In this document: in pieces, positions 47,359-58,012 of the stretch
Layout: every line of letters begins with the position of its first letter
Position numbering within the stretch: position 1 is the stretch's first letter
NCBI GenBank assembly: GCA_004431415.1
Contig: QPMI01000564.1
Coordinates: forward strand, 186,001-250,000
Origin: Cyanophora paradoxa CCMP329
Lineage: Eukaryota; Plantae; Glaucophyta
Length of the DNA: 64,000 nt
Direction of reading: 5' to 3'
Translations under genes and position numbers: made by a program
Notes under the pieces: generated by a model
What the model saw: the letters and a program-made list of their open reading frames with translations, nothing else
What the model was told of the DNA's origin: nothing
Database searches by the model: none

Positions 47359-48141
47359 ATGGCCACCGTCCGCAACGCCTCCGACATCGACCCCGCCAAG
47401 CTCGCCTTCGAAATCGACGCCAACGGACGCATCAAGGCCAAGTACGACGGCCTGCAGGGCCTCATGATGTACGCGCCGCCCATGGTCACGATCAACCCCT
47501 GCATCAACACCGAGCAAGGCAAGGCGTGGAGCGACGAGAAGAAGGCCTTCGTCATGGAAGAAAACGGCGGATTTTACACGCTGGACCTCACCGATCTCAG
47601 CGCCGTCGACGGCCAGACGAACCCGGCCGCGGACGAGTTCCTCAAGCTGCTGGAGGCCCTGGACGCGAAATTCTGCGAGTTCGTGCAGCAGAACCAGGCC
47701 AAGCTCAAGGTCTCGCCCGGCCGCGCCCTCTCCAAGGACCAGATCTCGGTGCTGCAGACGCCCAGCGTGCGCATCAAGGTCGACAAGGAGTCGGGCCAGG
47801 CCTTCTACAAGTACCTCAACATGCGCATCCGCACGCAGACGATGGCGGGCAAGCGCAAGACGATCCCAGTCGTCGACATGTCCAACTACCTCATCACCGA
47901 GCGCGCCACCATCGGCACCGGAGACCTGGTGGCGGCCCTCGTTAAAATCGACACCGCCTACGCCATCCCCGAGGGCAAGTTCGGCCTCAAGTGGTCCTTC
48001 CTCGCCGTGCAGCAGTGCAAGGTCGGCGCCTTTCGCTTCGCCGGCCGCACGCCCGAGCTGGCCTTCAAGCCCTACGACAACGAGGCCGATTTCGAGCCCT
48101 ACCTAAACCCCGAGTCTATGTACACCACCCCCATGCAGTAG
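47359..48141 (+). CDS. NCLDV-type OB-fold single-stranded DNA-binding protein (DUF2738-like)
   Basis: Pattern SDIDPAKLAF..YDG..PPM..YTLDL..FLKLLEALDAK..LNMRI..FGLKW..Q, with an acidic tail. Confidence 0.65.
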   Translation: MATVRNASDIDPAKLAFEIDANGRIKAKYDGLQGLMMYAPPMVTINPCINTEQGKAWSDEKKAFVMEENGGFYTLDLTDLSAVDGQTNPAADEFLKLLEALDAKFCEFVQQNQAKLKVSPGRALSKDQISVLQTPSVRIKVDKESGQAFYKYLNMRIRTQTMAGKRKTIPVVDMSNYLITERATIGTGDLVAALVKIDTAYAIPEGKFGLKWSFLAVQQCKVGAFRFAGRTPELAFKPYDNEADFEPYLNPESMYTTPMQ

Positions 48142-48195
48142 TTTAGACGAATAAATTGTAAATTCTCTGGTGCAATTGATTACAAGCGTTTACAA

Positions 48196-48999
48196 TCAAA
48201 GGCCGTTGAACTTGCCGCCCACCGCCTTGGGCTCCGCCGCCGTTGAGGCCGCCGCCTCCGTCACCTCTTTCATCATCTCCGGGTTTGCGTTGGCCGCGTG
48301 CACCGCCAGCACCGTCTGCACAAGGGCCATCCCCAGGCGCGCCTCGGGCCCCAGGGTCACGTAGCGCGAGTACTTAATCACCAGCTCCTCTAAAATCGGC
48401 TGCACTTGGTCCATCGAGGCCAGCGTCGCCTGCCCGAGCCCGTCGAGCTTCAGGCCGATCGGATCGTACGCCTTGTTCAGGTGCTCCAGCGAGTGCATGC
48501 CCGCGATCAGAAAGAGGCGCGCCGCCTCCAGCGAACCCCGCGTGCTCAGCTCGCGCTGAATTTCCTCGTACTCTTCCTTCAGCTCGTCCAGCGGCGTCGC
48601 GAGGCTCAGCTTCTTCGTGGACGTTAGCTCGCCCCCGAACGAGCGCCTGTACTGCGCGATCTGACGCAGAACCTGCTTCTTCTCGTCCACGTCCGTCTGC
48701 GCCTCGTCGCGTGGCTTTTCCTGCAGGTCGATCCCCAGCGCCTTTTTCACGCTCTGCTCCTTCTTCTTCGTCATTTCGATGTGCTCCTGCACGCTGAAGC
48801 TCGCGCCCTTGCTCGGCGCCGTCGGCGGCACCGTGGGTCCGTCGCCCGGCAGCGACGTCTTGTCGGCCTTCGGCGCCTTCTCGCCCTTTTCCTTGCCTTC
48901 CTTCGCGGGGCGGCCCTTCTTCCTCGGCTGCGGGATCCCCACCGGGTTCGGCCCGTCCACGGCCAGCGCGTCGAAGCCCAGCATCGCCGAGGGGTCCAT
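48196..48999 (-). CDS. Conserved NCLDV protein (DUF5767-like)
   Basis: LDELKEEYE..YDPIGLKLDG..LEELVIKY..GPEARL..VH motif string. Confidence 0.7.
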   Translation of the reverse strand: MDPSAMLGFDALAVDGPNPVGIPQPRKKGRPAKEGKEKGEKAPKADKTSLPGDGPTVPPTAPSKGASFSVQEHIEMTKKKEQSVKKALGIDLQEKPRDEAQTDVDEKKQVLRQIAQYRRSFGGELTSTKKLSLATPLDELKEEYEEIQRELSTRGSLEAARLFLIAGMHSLEHLNKAYDPIGLKLDGLGQATLASMDQVQPILEELVIKYSRYVTLGPEARLGMALVQTVLAVHAANANPEMMKEVTEAAASTAAEPKAVGGKFNGL

Positions 49000-49022
49000 C
49001 GTTACGCTTGCCCCTTAGAAAT

Positions 49023-49352
49023 TTACTCCGACGTCAGCTCGACGAAGAGCTCGATGTAAAGCCACAGTTTCTCGCGCAGCTCGGGCCCGCTCCCGTAGAA
49101 GAGCGAGCGCACGGCCGAGGCGTACTCCTGCGGCAGCTTCTCGAAAACTCCGTCGTCCCGCGCCTTAATTAATTCGGCCTCCGCGTTGATGTGCCTCCTA
49201 AACAGAACGATGACCGCCGTGGCTCCTATGCCGCGCAGCGACTGAATCTGCACCCGTACCCCCGGCTCCTTGGCCTCCGGCTCCAGCAGGTCGAGGAAGC
49301 GGCCCCAGCGCGCCTCAATCTGCTCGCCCAGCGTCGCCTCCGTCGCTGCCAT
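49023..49352 (-). CDS. Small helical hypothetical protein
   Basis: 109-aa ATG ORF ending REKLWLYIELFVEL. Confidence 0.7.
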   Translation of the reverse strand: MAATEATLGEQIEARWGRFLDLLEPEAKEPGVRVQIQSLRGIGATAVIVLFRRHINAEAELIKARDDGVFEKLPQEYASAVRSLFYGSGPELREKLWLYIELFVELTSE

Positions 49353-49374
49353 GTGCTTGCGTGTGCCTCAGAAA

Positions 49375-50508
49375 TTACACATTGCCTCGGTTGCCTCCGT
49401 CAAGGGCGTTTGCCGCTTGCTCGTAGGCCTTTGCGGTGCGCAAGTTTACTCCCAACTGCACGCTTTGCATACGGTTGTCTGTGGCGAGCACTAGATTCTG
49501 GAAAGCCGTACGGATGCCCCTCTGCTTTGCGTCGTCTGCCCCCGCAAGGGTGCCTTGCTCGCGTGTGGCCCGGAGATCCCCTCGCCAATCGGCGGTGGTG
49601 AAGTTGTCCCCTAGGCCAGTCATCGGGTTGACAACTGCCGGCAGGAAGTTCTGGTCCGCGTAGGGCGTGGACGTGGCCAGGGCCGGACCCCTCGTGCCTT
49701 GCTGGTCCATGAGGATGGCGTTGAAAGGATTGCCCTTGCTGAAGTCGACGTCATTCCTCCCGTACGGTTTGTTGATGCCGCTGCTGATGTTTGCCGTCTG
49801 TGCGTTGAACATGGGCGAGAGATCGGGCGTGTAACCGGCGCGAAGGCCCCTCGGACCTGCCGTGTCCTGCGCATACCGACCCGCGGGTCCAAGCAAATTC
49901 TCCTTCTCGATTTCTTCCATCGTCTTGATCCAGCCGCGTTCGCGTGCCCACTTCATGACGAGATCGTCGTAGTTCATCGGGAAGAAAACCTTCTGGTATT
50001 TATCGAAACGCTGAATTTCGATATCCTGCTCGATCATATTAGTAATTCGCTCGAGCAGCTCAGGATAGTAATCCTCGAGCATTTTTGCGACGCCCGGCTG
50101 CTTCAGGTCGAAGGCAGTCATGGCCCACTGATCAAAATCGCGAATCATGATTTCCTTCCGCAGGCTGAACGCATTCTCGACGTCCTCTTCGTTGATCTGA
50201 CGGTTGGGGTATGCGTTCTGCAGCTGCTGTCGAATGCCCATCCGCATTAGCTTCTCCATCTGCGGGGTGTACTTCATCGCGGGCAGGGTCTTCGTGGGAA
50301 CGGCCGTCAGCCCCACGCCACGGGCACGGTCCTCGGGCGTGTAGACGTCGGCTTTGTCCAAAGAGGTAACGGGCACCTCGGGTAGAATCGTACCGGGCGC
50401 GTACTTCTCGATAATTCCCGTCACCTCGCCCTTCAGGTCGTTCTTCAGCGACTGGCGCTGCTTCTTAGAGCCCTCCCCAATGTCCATCATGGAATGGCCC
50501 TTCGTCAT
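49375..50508 (-). CDS. Hypothetical protein next to MCP (likely virion-associated)
   Basis: 377-aa intact ORF co-oriented with MCP. Confidence 0.75.
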   Translation of the reverse strand: MTKGHSMMDIGEGSKKQRQSLKNDLKGEVTGIIEKYAPGTILPEVPVTSLDKADVYTPEDRARGVGLTAVPTKTLPAMKYTPQMEKLMRMGIRQQLQNAYPNRQINEEDVENAFSLRKEIMIRDFDQWAMTAFDLKQPGVAKMLEDYYPELLERITNMIEQDIEIQRFDKYQKVFFPMNYDDLVMKWARERGWIKTMEEIEKENLLGPAGRYAQDTAGPRGLRAGYTPDLSPMFNAQTANISSGINKPYGRNDVDFSKGNPFNAILMDQQGTRGPALATSTPYADQNFLPAVVNPMTGLGDNFTTADWRGDLRATREQGTLAGADDAKQRGIRTAFQNLVLATDNRMQSVQLGVNLRTAKAYEQAANALDGGNRGNV

Positions 50509-50599
50509 CGTGCCTCGGTTAGGATCCCAGTGGGAAAATTTATTGGTTCACATCGGCGGCCGAGGCTCGCCCCCTCTCACACTCTGGCTAGCTGGCAAT

Positions 50600-51968
50600 C
50601 TAATGGAAGCGGCGGTAGGCGCCGCCGTTGGTGAAGGTGATCTCGTTGTAGTAGCGGCAGTAGATGTCGGCCACGGGCTTGGCGTCCGCCGCGTAGGTCT
50701 TGAGCGTCCAGAGCGTGAGCTCGATGGTCTTGAAGGCGCCCATGTCGAGGCCGCCGAACATCTTGGTGTTGTCGGCCACGTCGGTGCCGAAGGGGAGCGA
50801 GTAGATGAACTCCGTGCCGAACTGGCCCACGTTGCGGGGCTGGATGTCGCTGCTGTGGGCGTCGTGGGTCGCAAGGGTCGTGGGGCCGTGTCGTTGCCCG
50901 ACCACGGGTGCGGGTGCAGCGCGTCGGCCACGTCGGCCGCTGCCGTCCCGTCCATCGAGGTCACGCCCCGCAGCAGCTCGAGGTGCTTGCGGCGGGCGCG
51001 TGCGTGTGCTCCTTGTGCGCGATGGCCGTGCGCAAGAAGTGCGCGTCGTGGTTCGAGCTGTCGACCACCTTGATGTTGTCGCACTTCAGCTCGATCTTGT
51101 CCAGGGGCGGAAGCGCCAGAAGTGCTCGCCGTTGTCGGTGTGCGGCTTGTCGCGCACCACCACGATCAGCTCGTAGCAGATTCCGGTGAAGGGCAGGCGG
51201 ATGGCCTTGCCCGATTCGAACTGCACGTTGTAGTGCTGCACGTACTTGCCTGCCCACGTGAACGAGTTCGGGTGCAGCGCCAGCTCGCGCGAGTCGATGT
51301 GCACGTAGCGCAGGATGAGCTTGGTGTCCAGGCTGACGCTGCTCGTCAGGCCGGTGTTCGTGTGCAGGCCGCCGTCCACGAAGGAGGCCGTCACCTCCTT
51401 CTGCGAGGCGTAGGTGATCTGCAGCTTCATCTCGTTGCCCGTCCGCGGATCTTGTGGAGGGCACGGCGAACTTTCGACCGAAGCCCGTCGCGATGCGGAT
51501 CGGCACGTACAGCGTGTTCGGGGCCTTGCCCCGGCGGCGCAGCGGCTGGTGTGCCCAGAGGTTGTTCACCATGTCGACGTGCTGGGTGACGGACTTGTCG
51601 TCCTCGAACTCGCCGTAGATGGCGTCGTGGTGGCCGTCGTACTCGTGGATCAGCTGCGTGCCCACGAAGATCTTCACCTTCTTGAGCAGCACGTAGCCGG
51701 CCTTCGGGATGTAGAAGTGGTCGGCGTTCGTCAGCGCCGGCAGCGTCACCCTGAGCCAGGCGTCGTTGAACATCGGCGCCGAGTGCGGGATGACGATGTC
51801 GACGGTCTGGCCGAAGCTGACGCCCGACTGCACGGGGCTCACCTCGAGCACCTCGTCCACGAACGGCATCGCCGTGTCGAAGGTCTCGTGCACGTGCACC
51901 GACGCGTCGGAGCTGCGCAGCGAGTGGTGCAGGGCGGTCGAGGGGGTGGAGATGAGCGCGGAAGCCAT
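50600..51968 (-). CDS. NCLDV-type double jelly-roll major capsid protein, with several frameshifts
   Basis: SFGQTVDIVIP..AWLRVTLP..LLKKVKIFVGTQLIHEYDG..TLYVPI; KLQITY..RYVHID..E; RLPFTGICYELIVVV; IYSLPF..GGLDM..IYCRYYNEITFTNG. Fragments lie in different frames (ORFs 50961, 51086, 50548, 50600). Confidence 0.88.
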
Positions 51969-52008
51969 GGTTTAGGGGTGCGTTGAGAAAATTTTGTGGA
52001 GGGCTCGC

Positions 52009-53972
52009 CTACGTGATTAAAGGGCGCGCCCCCCGTCGTGCTAGGTCCTCGTCGTACGCCTTCTTGCGGAGTGCGTCTGTGATCGCAGACCAGTCGCGTC
52101 TTCCGTCGAGATAACCCATGACAAGTCCGCTGTCCAACTTGAAGTAACGCTCCGGCTCCAAGTTCATGAGTTGCTGGGCCCGCTCCTCGACGCGCCGCAC
52201 TCGTTCCGTAAAGGGGCCCTTCGCCGCAGATCCCAGCGGGTCCTCCTCTCGCTCAGCTTCGTAGAATTTTACAATGTCTCCGCCCAGATCCGAAATATCA
52301 CGGTGCTGTTCTGCAATCTGCGCCTGTTGGCGGTTGACACCGGTGGCCCGGGCCTGGGCTATGGCCGCCAGCTGATTATAATCGATTTTACCGGCAAGGA
52401 ATTGTTGCACAGCCTCGTCCCCTGCCGCGCGCGTAATTTCGGACGAGACCGTTTCCAGGAATCCCGCCCGCAGCTCGCTTTCCGCTGCCTCTGCCTGCTC
52501 GCGGACCGCGCGCTCAGCTGGGGTTTCCACTTCCATTCGTTCGGGTCGTGTACCGCTGCGGATTTGCTTCAGCAGCCCCGCACGGTGAGATTCTGCCGCT
52601 TCTTTCACCTTCTTGACGGCATTGTCAGTCGCGTCATTTCCATCCATCGTCGTATACCCGGGTCGCCGCCCCGCATCCTTGTACGCGGCCCTGCGCTTGT
52701 CCGTGGCTTCCTTCTCGCGCGGGGACGAGGGGGCAATTTCTATCCCCGCGTTTGCGAGTTGGGCCTGGACGGCGACGGGCACCTGCTCGAGCACGGCCCT
52801 TGCCGCTGCAACGGCCACCGCCTCGGCTGCTACCACCTCTGGCGGGCGCGAGGGCCCCGCCTGCGGCTCGGGCGGGGGTGGCGGCGGGGGCAGGGGCTGC
52901 TGCTCCGGCGGGGGTGCGGACGGCCTGGCCACGGTCTCCGGGGGCTGAGAAGGGCCGGGCTGCGGCGCCAGCGGGGGCGTCTTCGGCTCGGGAGGCGGGG
53001 GCGGAGGCGGAGGTGGCCCCGGCGGCGGCGGCGGCGGCGCCCCCCCTTCGCCGTCTGACCCGTCCATGTCGTCCTCGGGTTCCTTGGACGGCAGGGCCTT
53101 CTGAATGAGGGCCTTGCGCGCGCCCCTGCCCGCCTTGATTTCTCTGCGCATGGCCTCCTCTGGGAAATTGGCCTCGATGGCCTCGTTGTCCTGGTTCGTG
53201 ATGCGCGCATTCTGCTCGCGGCGGGCCTTGATGTACTTCTCCTTGTCGATTCGCTTCTTCGCCCGCCTTTTCTCCCTGGGTACGTCGCGCTGGCGGCTCT
53301 CGTCCGGCCCCGGCCCCTCGCTGTCCGAGCTCGAGGGCGGCTCGGCCTGGGCAAAGGGCTGGCGCGTGTTGCGGTTCGTCCAGTCGGGGTCGTACTTCCC
53401 TCCGATCAGCTCCTCGGGCTTCTTGTTCTCTCGTGCGTAAATGCTCGTGGGTTTGAATTCCTCTCCGTTGATGATGTACTTGTAGTAGTAATACGCGTCC
53501 TCGAGGTTCATCGGGCCCAGAGTCTCGAGGCGCTTCTTGCGCTTCAGGAATTCGGTAATCTGATCCTCCTTCGACTTGCAGAACTCGCGCACTCCCGGCA
53601 GCACCGTCAGATTCTTGCCGTCCACGTCGCAGGCGCCCGCCCCTTGGCCTTCAGGTTCGCGGTGAAGGCCGACTGGCCCATCAGCCATGCGCGGAAGCCC
53701 TCCTCGTACTCTTCGTCGAGGCTCGACTCCATCTGCTGGAATTTGTTGATGTAGTACGCGTTGGCGATGGCCTGGGCCTCCACCTCGGCGAGCTTGTCCG
53801 ATTGATCGCGCTCCTCGAACCGAATTTCCGGCGTGGCCCTCGCCAGCGTCGTCTTCATCATCTGCTGAAAGTGCGCGTACTTGTCGCTCTCGAAGGGCGT
53901 GATGTGCGAGTCCCCGCCCCCCGGGATCGCGAGCACGTTGCGCGGCGCGAAACGCGAGGCGAGCCCCCTCAT
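52009..53972 (-). CDS. Large Pro-rich hypothetical protein, one frameshift near 53630
   Basis: ORFs 53607-53972 and 52009-53688 join into one protein (..FRAWLMG..LPGVREF..LGPMNLEDAYYYYKY.., poly-Pro). Confidence 0.65.
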
Positions 53973-54247
53973 TTGCTCTTCTTAGGGGTGGGCTTTGAAA
54001 TTTTATCGGTCTTGGCCTTGTCTTCCTTCCCGTCCTTCTTGTCGCCGCCCTTCTTCCCCTGCTTCGTCGGGCGCATCGCCACGAATATTTCGCCGGGCGA
54101 GACGTCCTCGTACAGCGGCTTCGGCCCCTTTGGAAATTCGGGCGGGCCCTTCAGCTTCTCCTTCGCCTCCTTCACCTCCGCCTTGGACGGCTTCTCCTGC
54201 CCGTTCGTGGGCGCCTTTTTCGCGGGCTTCTTCTGTGTCTCTGGCAT
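53969..54247 (-). CDS. Small Lys-rich protein (possible DNA-condensing core protein)
   Basis: 92 aa, very K-rich. Confidence 0.65.
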   Translation of the reverse strand: MPETQKKPAKKAPTNGQEKPSKAEVKEAKEKLKGPPEFPKGPKPLYEDVSPGEIFVAMRPTKQGKKGGDKKDGKEDKAKTDKISKPTPKKSK

Positions 54248-54249
54248 GT

Positions 54250-54588
54250 TTAACCGTCACCAGAAAAATATGGGTTCGCACCCCCGTACGTCTCGGGGAA
54301 CTGCCTCTCCCACCTGCGCACGGCCGCGTCCCTCTGGTCGCCGAAGCTACGGTAGGCCGCGGCCCTCTGACCCATCACGATTTGCCAGAGCCGTGCACGG
54401 ACCTCGTCCTGCAGCCTGTACACCCAATCGCGAATGTTCTCGACGATATCCGTCGGCAGCGTGGCCAACCCCGCCTTCAGCTCGGGCACATCCGTGGGAT
54501 CCTCGTCGAGCGTAAGCTTCTGCATGCGTGCGCGCAGCATCTCAATTTGCGTATCGATTGGGGCCCAGTAAGGGATAGATCGAGACAT
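54250..54588 (-). CDS. Hypothetical protein
   Basis: MSRSIPYWAP.., upstream AATTTCT. Confidence 0.6.
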   Translation of the reverse strand: MSRSIPYWAPIDTQIEMLRARMQKLTLDEDPTDVPELKAGLATLPTDIVENIRDWVYRLQDEVRARLWQIVMGQRAAAYRSFGDQRDAAVRRWERQFPETYGGANPYFSGDG

Positions 54589-54599
54589 CGGGTACGGGG

Positions 54600-54863
54600 T
54601 CACTGAGAAATTACACTGGGTCGGAAGAGGAGGTACCCCACCAGGATCCCCGCTATAATCCAGAGGGGCGACCAGTCGCGCTCCGCCGGTGCGCCCCCGG
54701 GCGTCACCATCAGCTGCCCGGCCCCAGGCCTGCGGAGGCCGTACGTGCGGTGGTCCGCCCAGTGCGGGCGCGGGAACTGCTCCTGCGGCATGCGCTCGGG
54801 GTAAACGCCGTCGAATCGGTTCTGCATTTGGTACATGTCCCTATCGAACAGCAGGGAGGCCAT
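54600..54863 (-). CDS. Small membrane protein
   Basis: LWIIAGILVGYLLF TM segment. Confidence 0.65.
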   Translation of the reverse strand: MASLLFDRDMYQMQNRFDGVYPERMPQEQFPRPHWADHRTYGLRRPGAGQLMVTPGGAPAERDWSPLWIIAGILVGYLLFRPSVISQ

Positions 54864-55085
54864 TTCTTAATTTGGGGAGGGACTTAGAAATACTGCCCGT
54901 GAGCTCCCTGTCGCGGATCCTGCGAAAATCGGCGAAGAGGCCGCGCGCGCAGCGCCTGCAGACGAGGCGGGCCCGCCCGCCCACGCGCGCCACCGAAATC
55001 TCGTGGCCGAACTGCAGGTGGCCGGGGAAGCAGGTGGGGGGGTAGTCGCAGACGAAGCAGTGGCAGGGGCAGTTGCGCCGCCGAA

Positions 55086-55478
55086 TTACATCTGAACTGC
55101 AATCGCGGGCTCGCTCGCCGCCTTCTTCGGCGCGCGCTGGCGCTTCGGGACTTGGCTCTCGGTGGGCGCCGAGTCGTCCGCCGGGGCCGCCGTCTTCGTG
55201 ACGCGGGGCGCCGCGGGGGGCTTCGGGACCGTAGGGGCTGCCGGTGCCTGGCTCGAGCCGGCGGCCGGGCCAGTGGCGTGGGCCACCTGGGGCGCTGCGG
55301 CGGGGGCTGGTCTCCCGGGCCCCTCCTCGAGGACCCGGCGCATGAAGCGCGAGACGCGGCCGCTGCATTGCGTGCAGGAGCCGACGGCCACCTGGCGGTT
55401 GTTCTTGCTGGTACGCACCTCGACGTTGGCGAGCTTGGTGTTGGAGCGGCACTTGAAGCAGTAGTGGGCGTGCTCCAT
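55086..55478 (-). CDS. Zn-ribbon protein (DUF5679-like) with Ala/Pro tail
   Basis: YCFKCR..SKNNR..GSCTQCSGRVSRF. Confidence 0.75.
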   Translation of the reverse strand: MEHAHYCFKCRSNTKLANVEVRTSKNNRQVAVGSCTQCSGRVSRFMRRVLEEGPGRPAPAAAPQVAHATGPAAGSSQAPAAPTVPKPPAAPRVTKTAAPADDSAPTESQVPKRQRAPKKAASEPAIAVQM

Positions 55479-55676
55479 GCTAGCTACGGGGATGTAAGCA
55501 GCCTTCAGAAAAAAGTGCGTAGTAGCGGACGGCGCACCGGGCGCAGCAGACGTAGACGTCCGCCTTGAGCACCCAGCCGCGCTTGGTCTGCGGCAGGCGG
55601 CAGATTTCGCAGCAGAGGGGCCTCGGCTTACGGCATGAGGATCCCATCTGCGGGCCCTCCAGAAATCACAATGGGA

Positions 55677-56153
55677 TCACAACGGATTGAGCGCGGCGTA
55701 GAGCGCGATTAAGTAGGCGTCGCAGAGGTCGTCGAGCTTCCCGTTGCGATCCGCGATGTCGGCGAGCTCGGCGGGTACGAGGTCGCGGCACTTGTCCACG
55801 GCGCCGCGCTTGCGCTCCTTGTAGCTCGGGTTCGAGATCTTGAAGAAGTGCTTGATGGCGCGCGGGCTCACGATCCGCGCACGCCCGTACAGGAGGGCGT
55901 GGAGCGTGCACTCGATGCAGCGATTGATTCCCGTCCTCTGGCCCTCGATCGCGATCTGGTCGGGAAGGCCGAAGGCGCTATGGCCGCGAGTAACCTCCAC
56001 CAGGCGCGCAACAAGGCGGCCACAGCAGCGCGCAGACGGGAAGAGGGCGATCTTTTGCCAGTCGAGAATCTGGGATTCCTTTGTCTGCGGATCGAATTCG
56101 ATGAGGCACCATGCGAAATTAATGACCCCCACATCCACGCCGAGAATCTTCAT
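55677..56153 (-). CDS. RuvC-like Holliday junction resolvase (poxvirus A22-like)
   Basis: MKILGVDVGVINFAWC, IAIEGQ, YKERK, KLDDLCDAYL. Confidence 0.9.
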   Translation of the reverse strand: MKILGVDVGVINFAWCLIEFDPQTKESQILDWQKIALFPSARCCGRLVARLVEVTRGHSAFGLPDQIAIEGQRTGINRCIECTLHALLYGRARIVSPRAIKHFFKISNPSYKERKRGAVDKCRDLVPAELADIADRNGKLDDLCDAYLIALYAALNPL

Positions 56154-56190
56154 TCCGAGGTCACAAGAAAATCTGAATGAAGGGGGTAAA

Positions 56191-57261
56191 ATGGCCAAGG
56201 ACCCCAAGAAGCCGAAGAAGCCGAAGGCGGCCAAGCCCCAGGCCGCCCAGCCCGCAGGCGCAGCGCCCGCGGCCCCCGCCCCCGCCGGCCAGGCCTCGGG
56301 CTCGGGCTCGGGCACCGCCCCCGCCGCCGGCACCAGCTGCGCCATGGGCATGACAGAGGACGGCATGCAGCTCACGCCCGAGCAGGTCAACGCCTTCCTC
56401 GACAACTCGAAGACGGGCGGCATCGAGCGCATGGCCTGCCTGCCCGAACTTAAGTGGTTCGACGTGAACACCGTCAAGCCCGACGCCACCGTCGTCTGCG
56501 TGGGCAAGCGGCGCACGGGCAAGTCCTTTTTCCTTCGCGATCTCATGTTCAACCTCTCCGGCACCTTCCCGGGGGGTATCGTAATCAGCCAGACCGATCG
56601 CCTGAACGGGTACTGGAAGCAGTACATCCCGCAGCGCTTCATCTGGCCCAAGTACAACCCGGGGGTGCTCTTCCATTTATTCAGGAGGCAGCAGGCGATC
56701 ATGCAGCACAATAAGTCGGAAGACGTGCTGGCCGGAAAGGAAGATCCCGTCGATCCGCGATTTTTCGTGCTGCTCGACGACGTGATTTCCGACTCGCGTC
56801 TGCGGTACGACGAGGCCCTCAACGAGCTGTTCGTGGCGGGGCGCCACTACAAAATCATGACCCTTATCACGACGCAGTATGCCAAGGGCATCAATCCCGT
56901 CCTGCGCTCCAATACTGATCTGGCTGTCATTTTCAAGTGCTCGCAGGCGATGCAGCGCGAGGCCCTCGCAAAGGAGTGGGGCGACATCATATCCCAGCGC
57001 GCCTTCTACTACCTGCTCGATAAATACACGCAGGATAACCACTGCCTTATCATCGATTCTTCCAACAACTCTACGAACCCTCTGGACGTCCTTTACGTCT
57101 ACAAGGCCGAGGAGCCGCCCCCGTTCCGAATCGGATCCAAGGAGTACTGGGAGGGCGAAACCGTCAACGGAGAAAATCTCGTGGGCCCGGACGACGGCAC
57201 GGTGGACAAGACGCTCCTTGGCATGATAGATAACTTCAGGAAGCACCGCGGCCTCGCCTGA
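56191..57261 (+). CDS. A32-like genome packaging ATPase
   Basis: VGKRRTGKS (Walker A), FVLLDDVI (Walker B), GRHYK, TTQY, LRSNTD. Confidence 0.95.
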   Translation: MAKDPKKPKKPKAAKPQAAQPAGAAPAAPAPAGQASGSGSGTAPAAGTSCAMGMTEDGMQLTPEQVNAFLDNSKTGGIERMACLPELKWFDVNTVKPDATVVCVGKRRTGKSFFLRDLMFNLSGTFPGGIVISQTDRLNGYWKQYIPQRFIWPKYNPGVLFHLFRRQQAIMQHNKSEDVLAGKEDPVDPRFFVLLDDVISDSRLRYDEALNELFVAGRHYKIMTLITTQYAKGINPVLRSNTDLAVIFKCSQAMQREALAKEWGDIISQRAFYYLLDKYTQDNHCLIIDSSNNSTNPLDVLYVYKAEEPPPFRIGSKEYWEGETVNGENLVGPDDGTVDKTLLGMIDNFRKHRGLA

Positions 57262-57287
57262 TTTTTTCTGAGGCTTCGTGCGTAAAG

Positions 57288-57632
57288 ATGTCGCCCAGCG
57301 CCCACATCGCCTCCGTCTTCCGCGTCGAGTCCGTCGTCTACGACTGCCTCCTGGAGGCCAGCCTCGACCCCTCCTCGCCCTTCAACGACGGCGAGGTCAG
57401 CAGCGCCCTGGAGAGGATCTGCGACGCGCTGGGAATTAACTGGGAGCGCCTGACGTCGGAGGCGGCGGACGAGGCCGCGGCCGAGTCGCTGGGCAGCGAG
57501 GATTCCAGCTCGGAAGAGATGACAGACGAAGAGGGAGACAGGGTTATTTACGTGCGCGACCCGGACGACTTTGCAACCTCGGAATCGAGCTCGGAAGAGG
57601 AAGAGACTGAGGACGAGGACTCCGACGCCTAG
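57288..57632 (+). CDS. Acidic hypothetical protein
   Basis: 114-aa ATG ORF, upstream TTTTTTCT. Confidence 0.65.
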   Translation: MSPSAHIASVFRVESVVYDCLLEASLDPSSPFNDGEVSSALERICDALGINWERLTSEAADEAAAESLGSEDSSSEEMTDEEGDRVIYVRDPDDFATSESSSEEEETEDEDSDA

Positions 57633-57667
57633 GCGCGCCCCTTAAAAATTTCCGAGGCCCCAGGAAA

Positions 57668-58012
57668 ATGTCAAAGGTGCTCCTAGGGCTCTCCCAGGCT
57701 ATCGTGCAGTACGCCCTCGGCCTGGCCTCCGGCTCCCTCATCGACGCCGCCTTCTCCTCGCACGAAGGCGAAAATAGGGCGGGCCACGCGGCCGAGCTCG
57801 CCGCGCAAGTCGCCGTCAACGGCCTCTCCCTCGGCCTGCTCTCGAAATACGTGCTCACCCTCAAGTTTTTCGACGACGACCCCACGGGCGGAATTATGTT
57901 CATCCTCGGATTTACACACGGGCAGACGAACATGCTAATCAAGGCTACCAGCGCCAGCTTCGGAATCAAGCAGGCGCTCGAGCGGAAGGCCGCCGCGATC
58001 ACTAAAGAGTAG
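57668..58012 (+). CDS. Hydrophobic hypothetical protein
   Basis: 114-aa ATG ORF with several hydrophobic helices. Confidence 0.65.
   Translation: MSKVLLGLSQAIVQYALGLASGSLIDAAFSSHEGENRAGHAAELAAQVAVNGLSLGLLSKYVLTLKFFDDDPTGGIMFILGFTHGQTNMLIKATSASFGIKQALERKAAAITKE

Noticed and set aside
55677-56153. Fanzor/TnpB RNA-guided nuclease
   Set aside because: Only ~158 aa with an A22/RuvC resolvase pattern; no WED/REC or Zn-finger regions.
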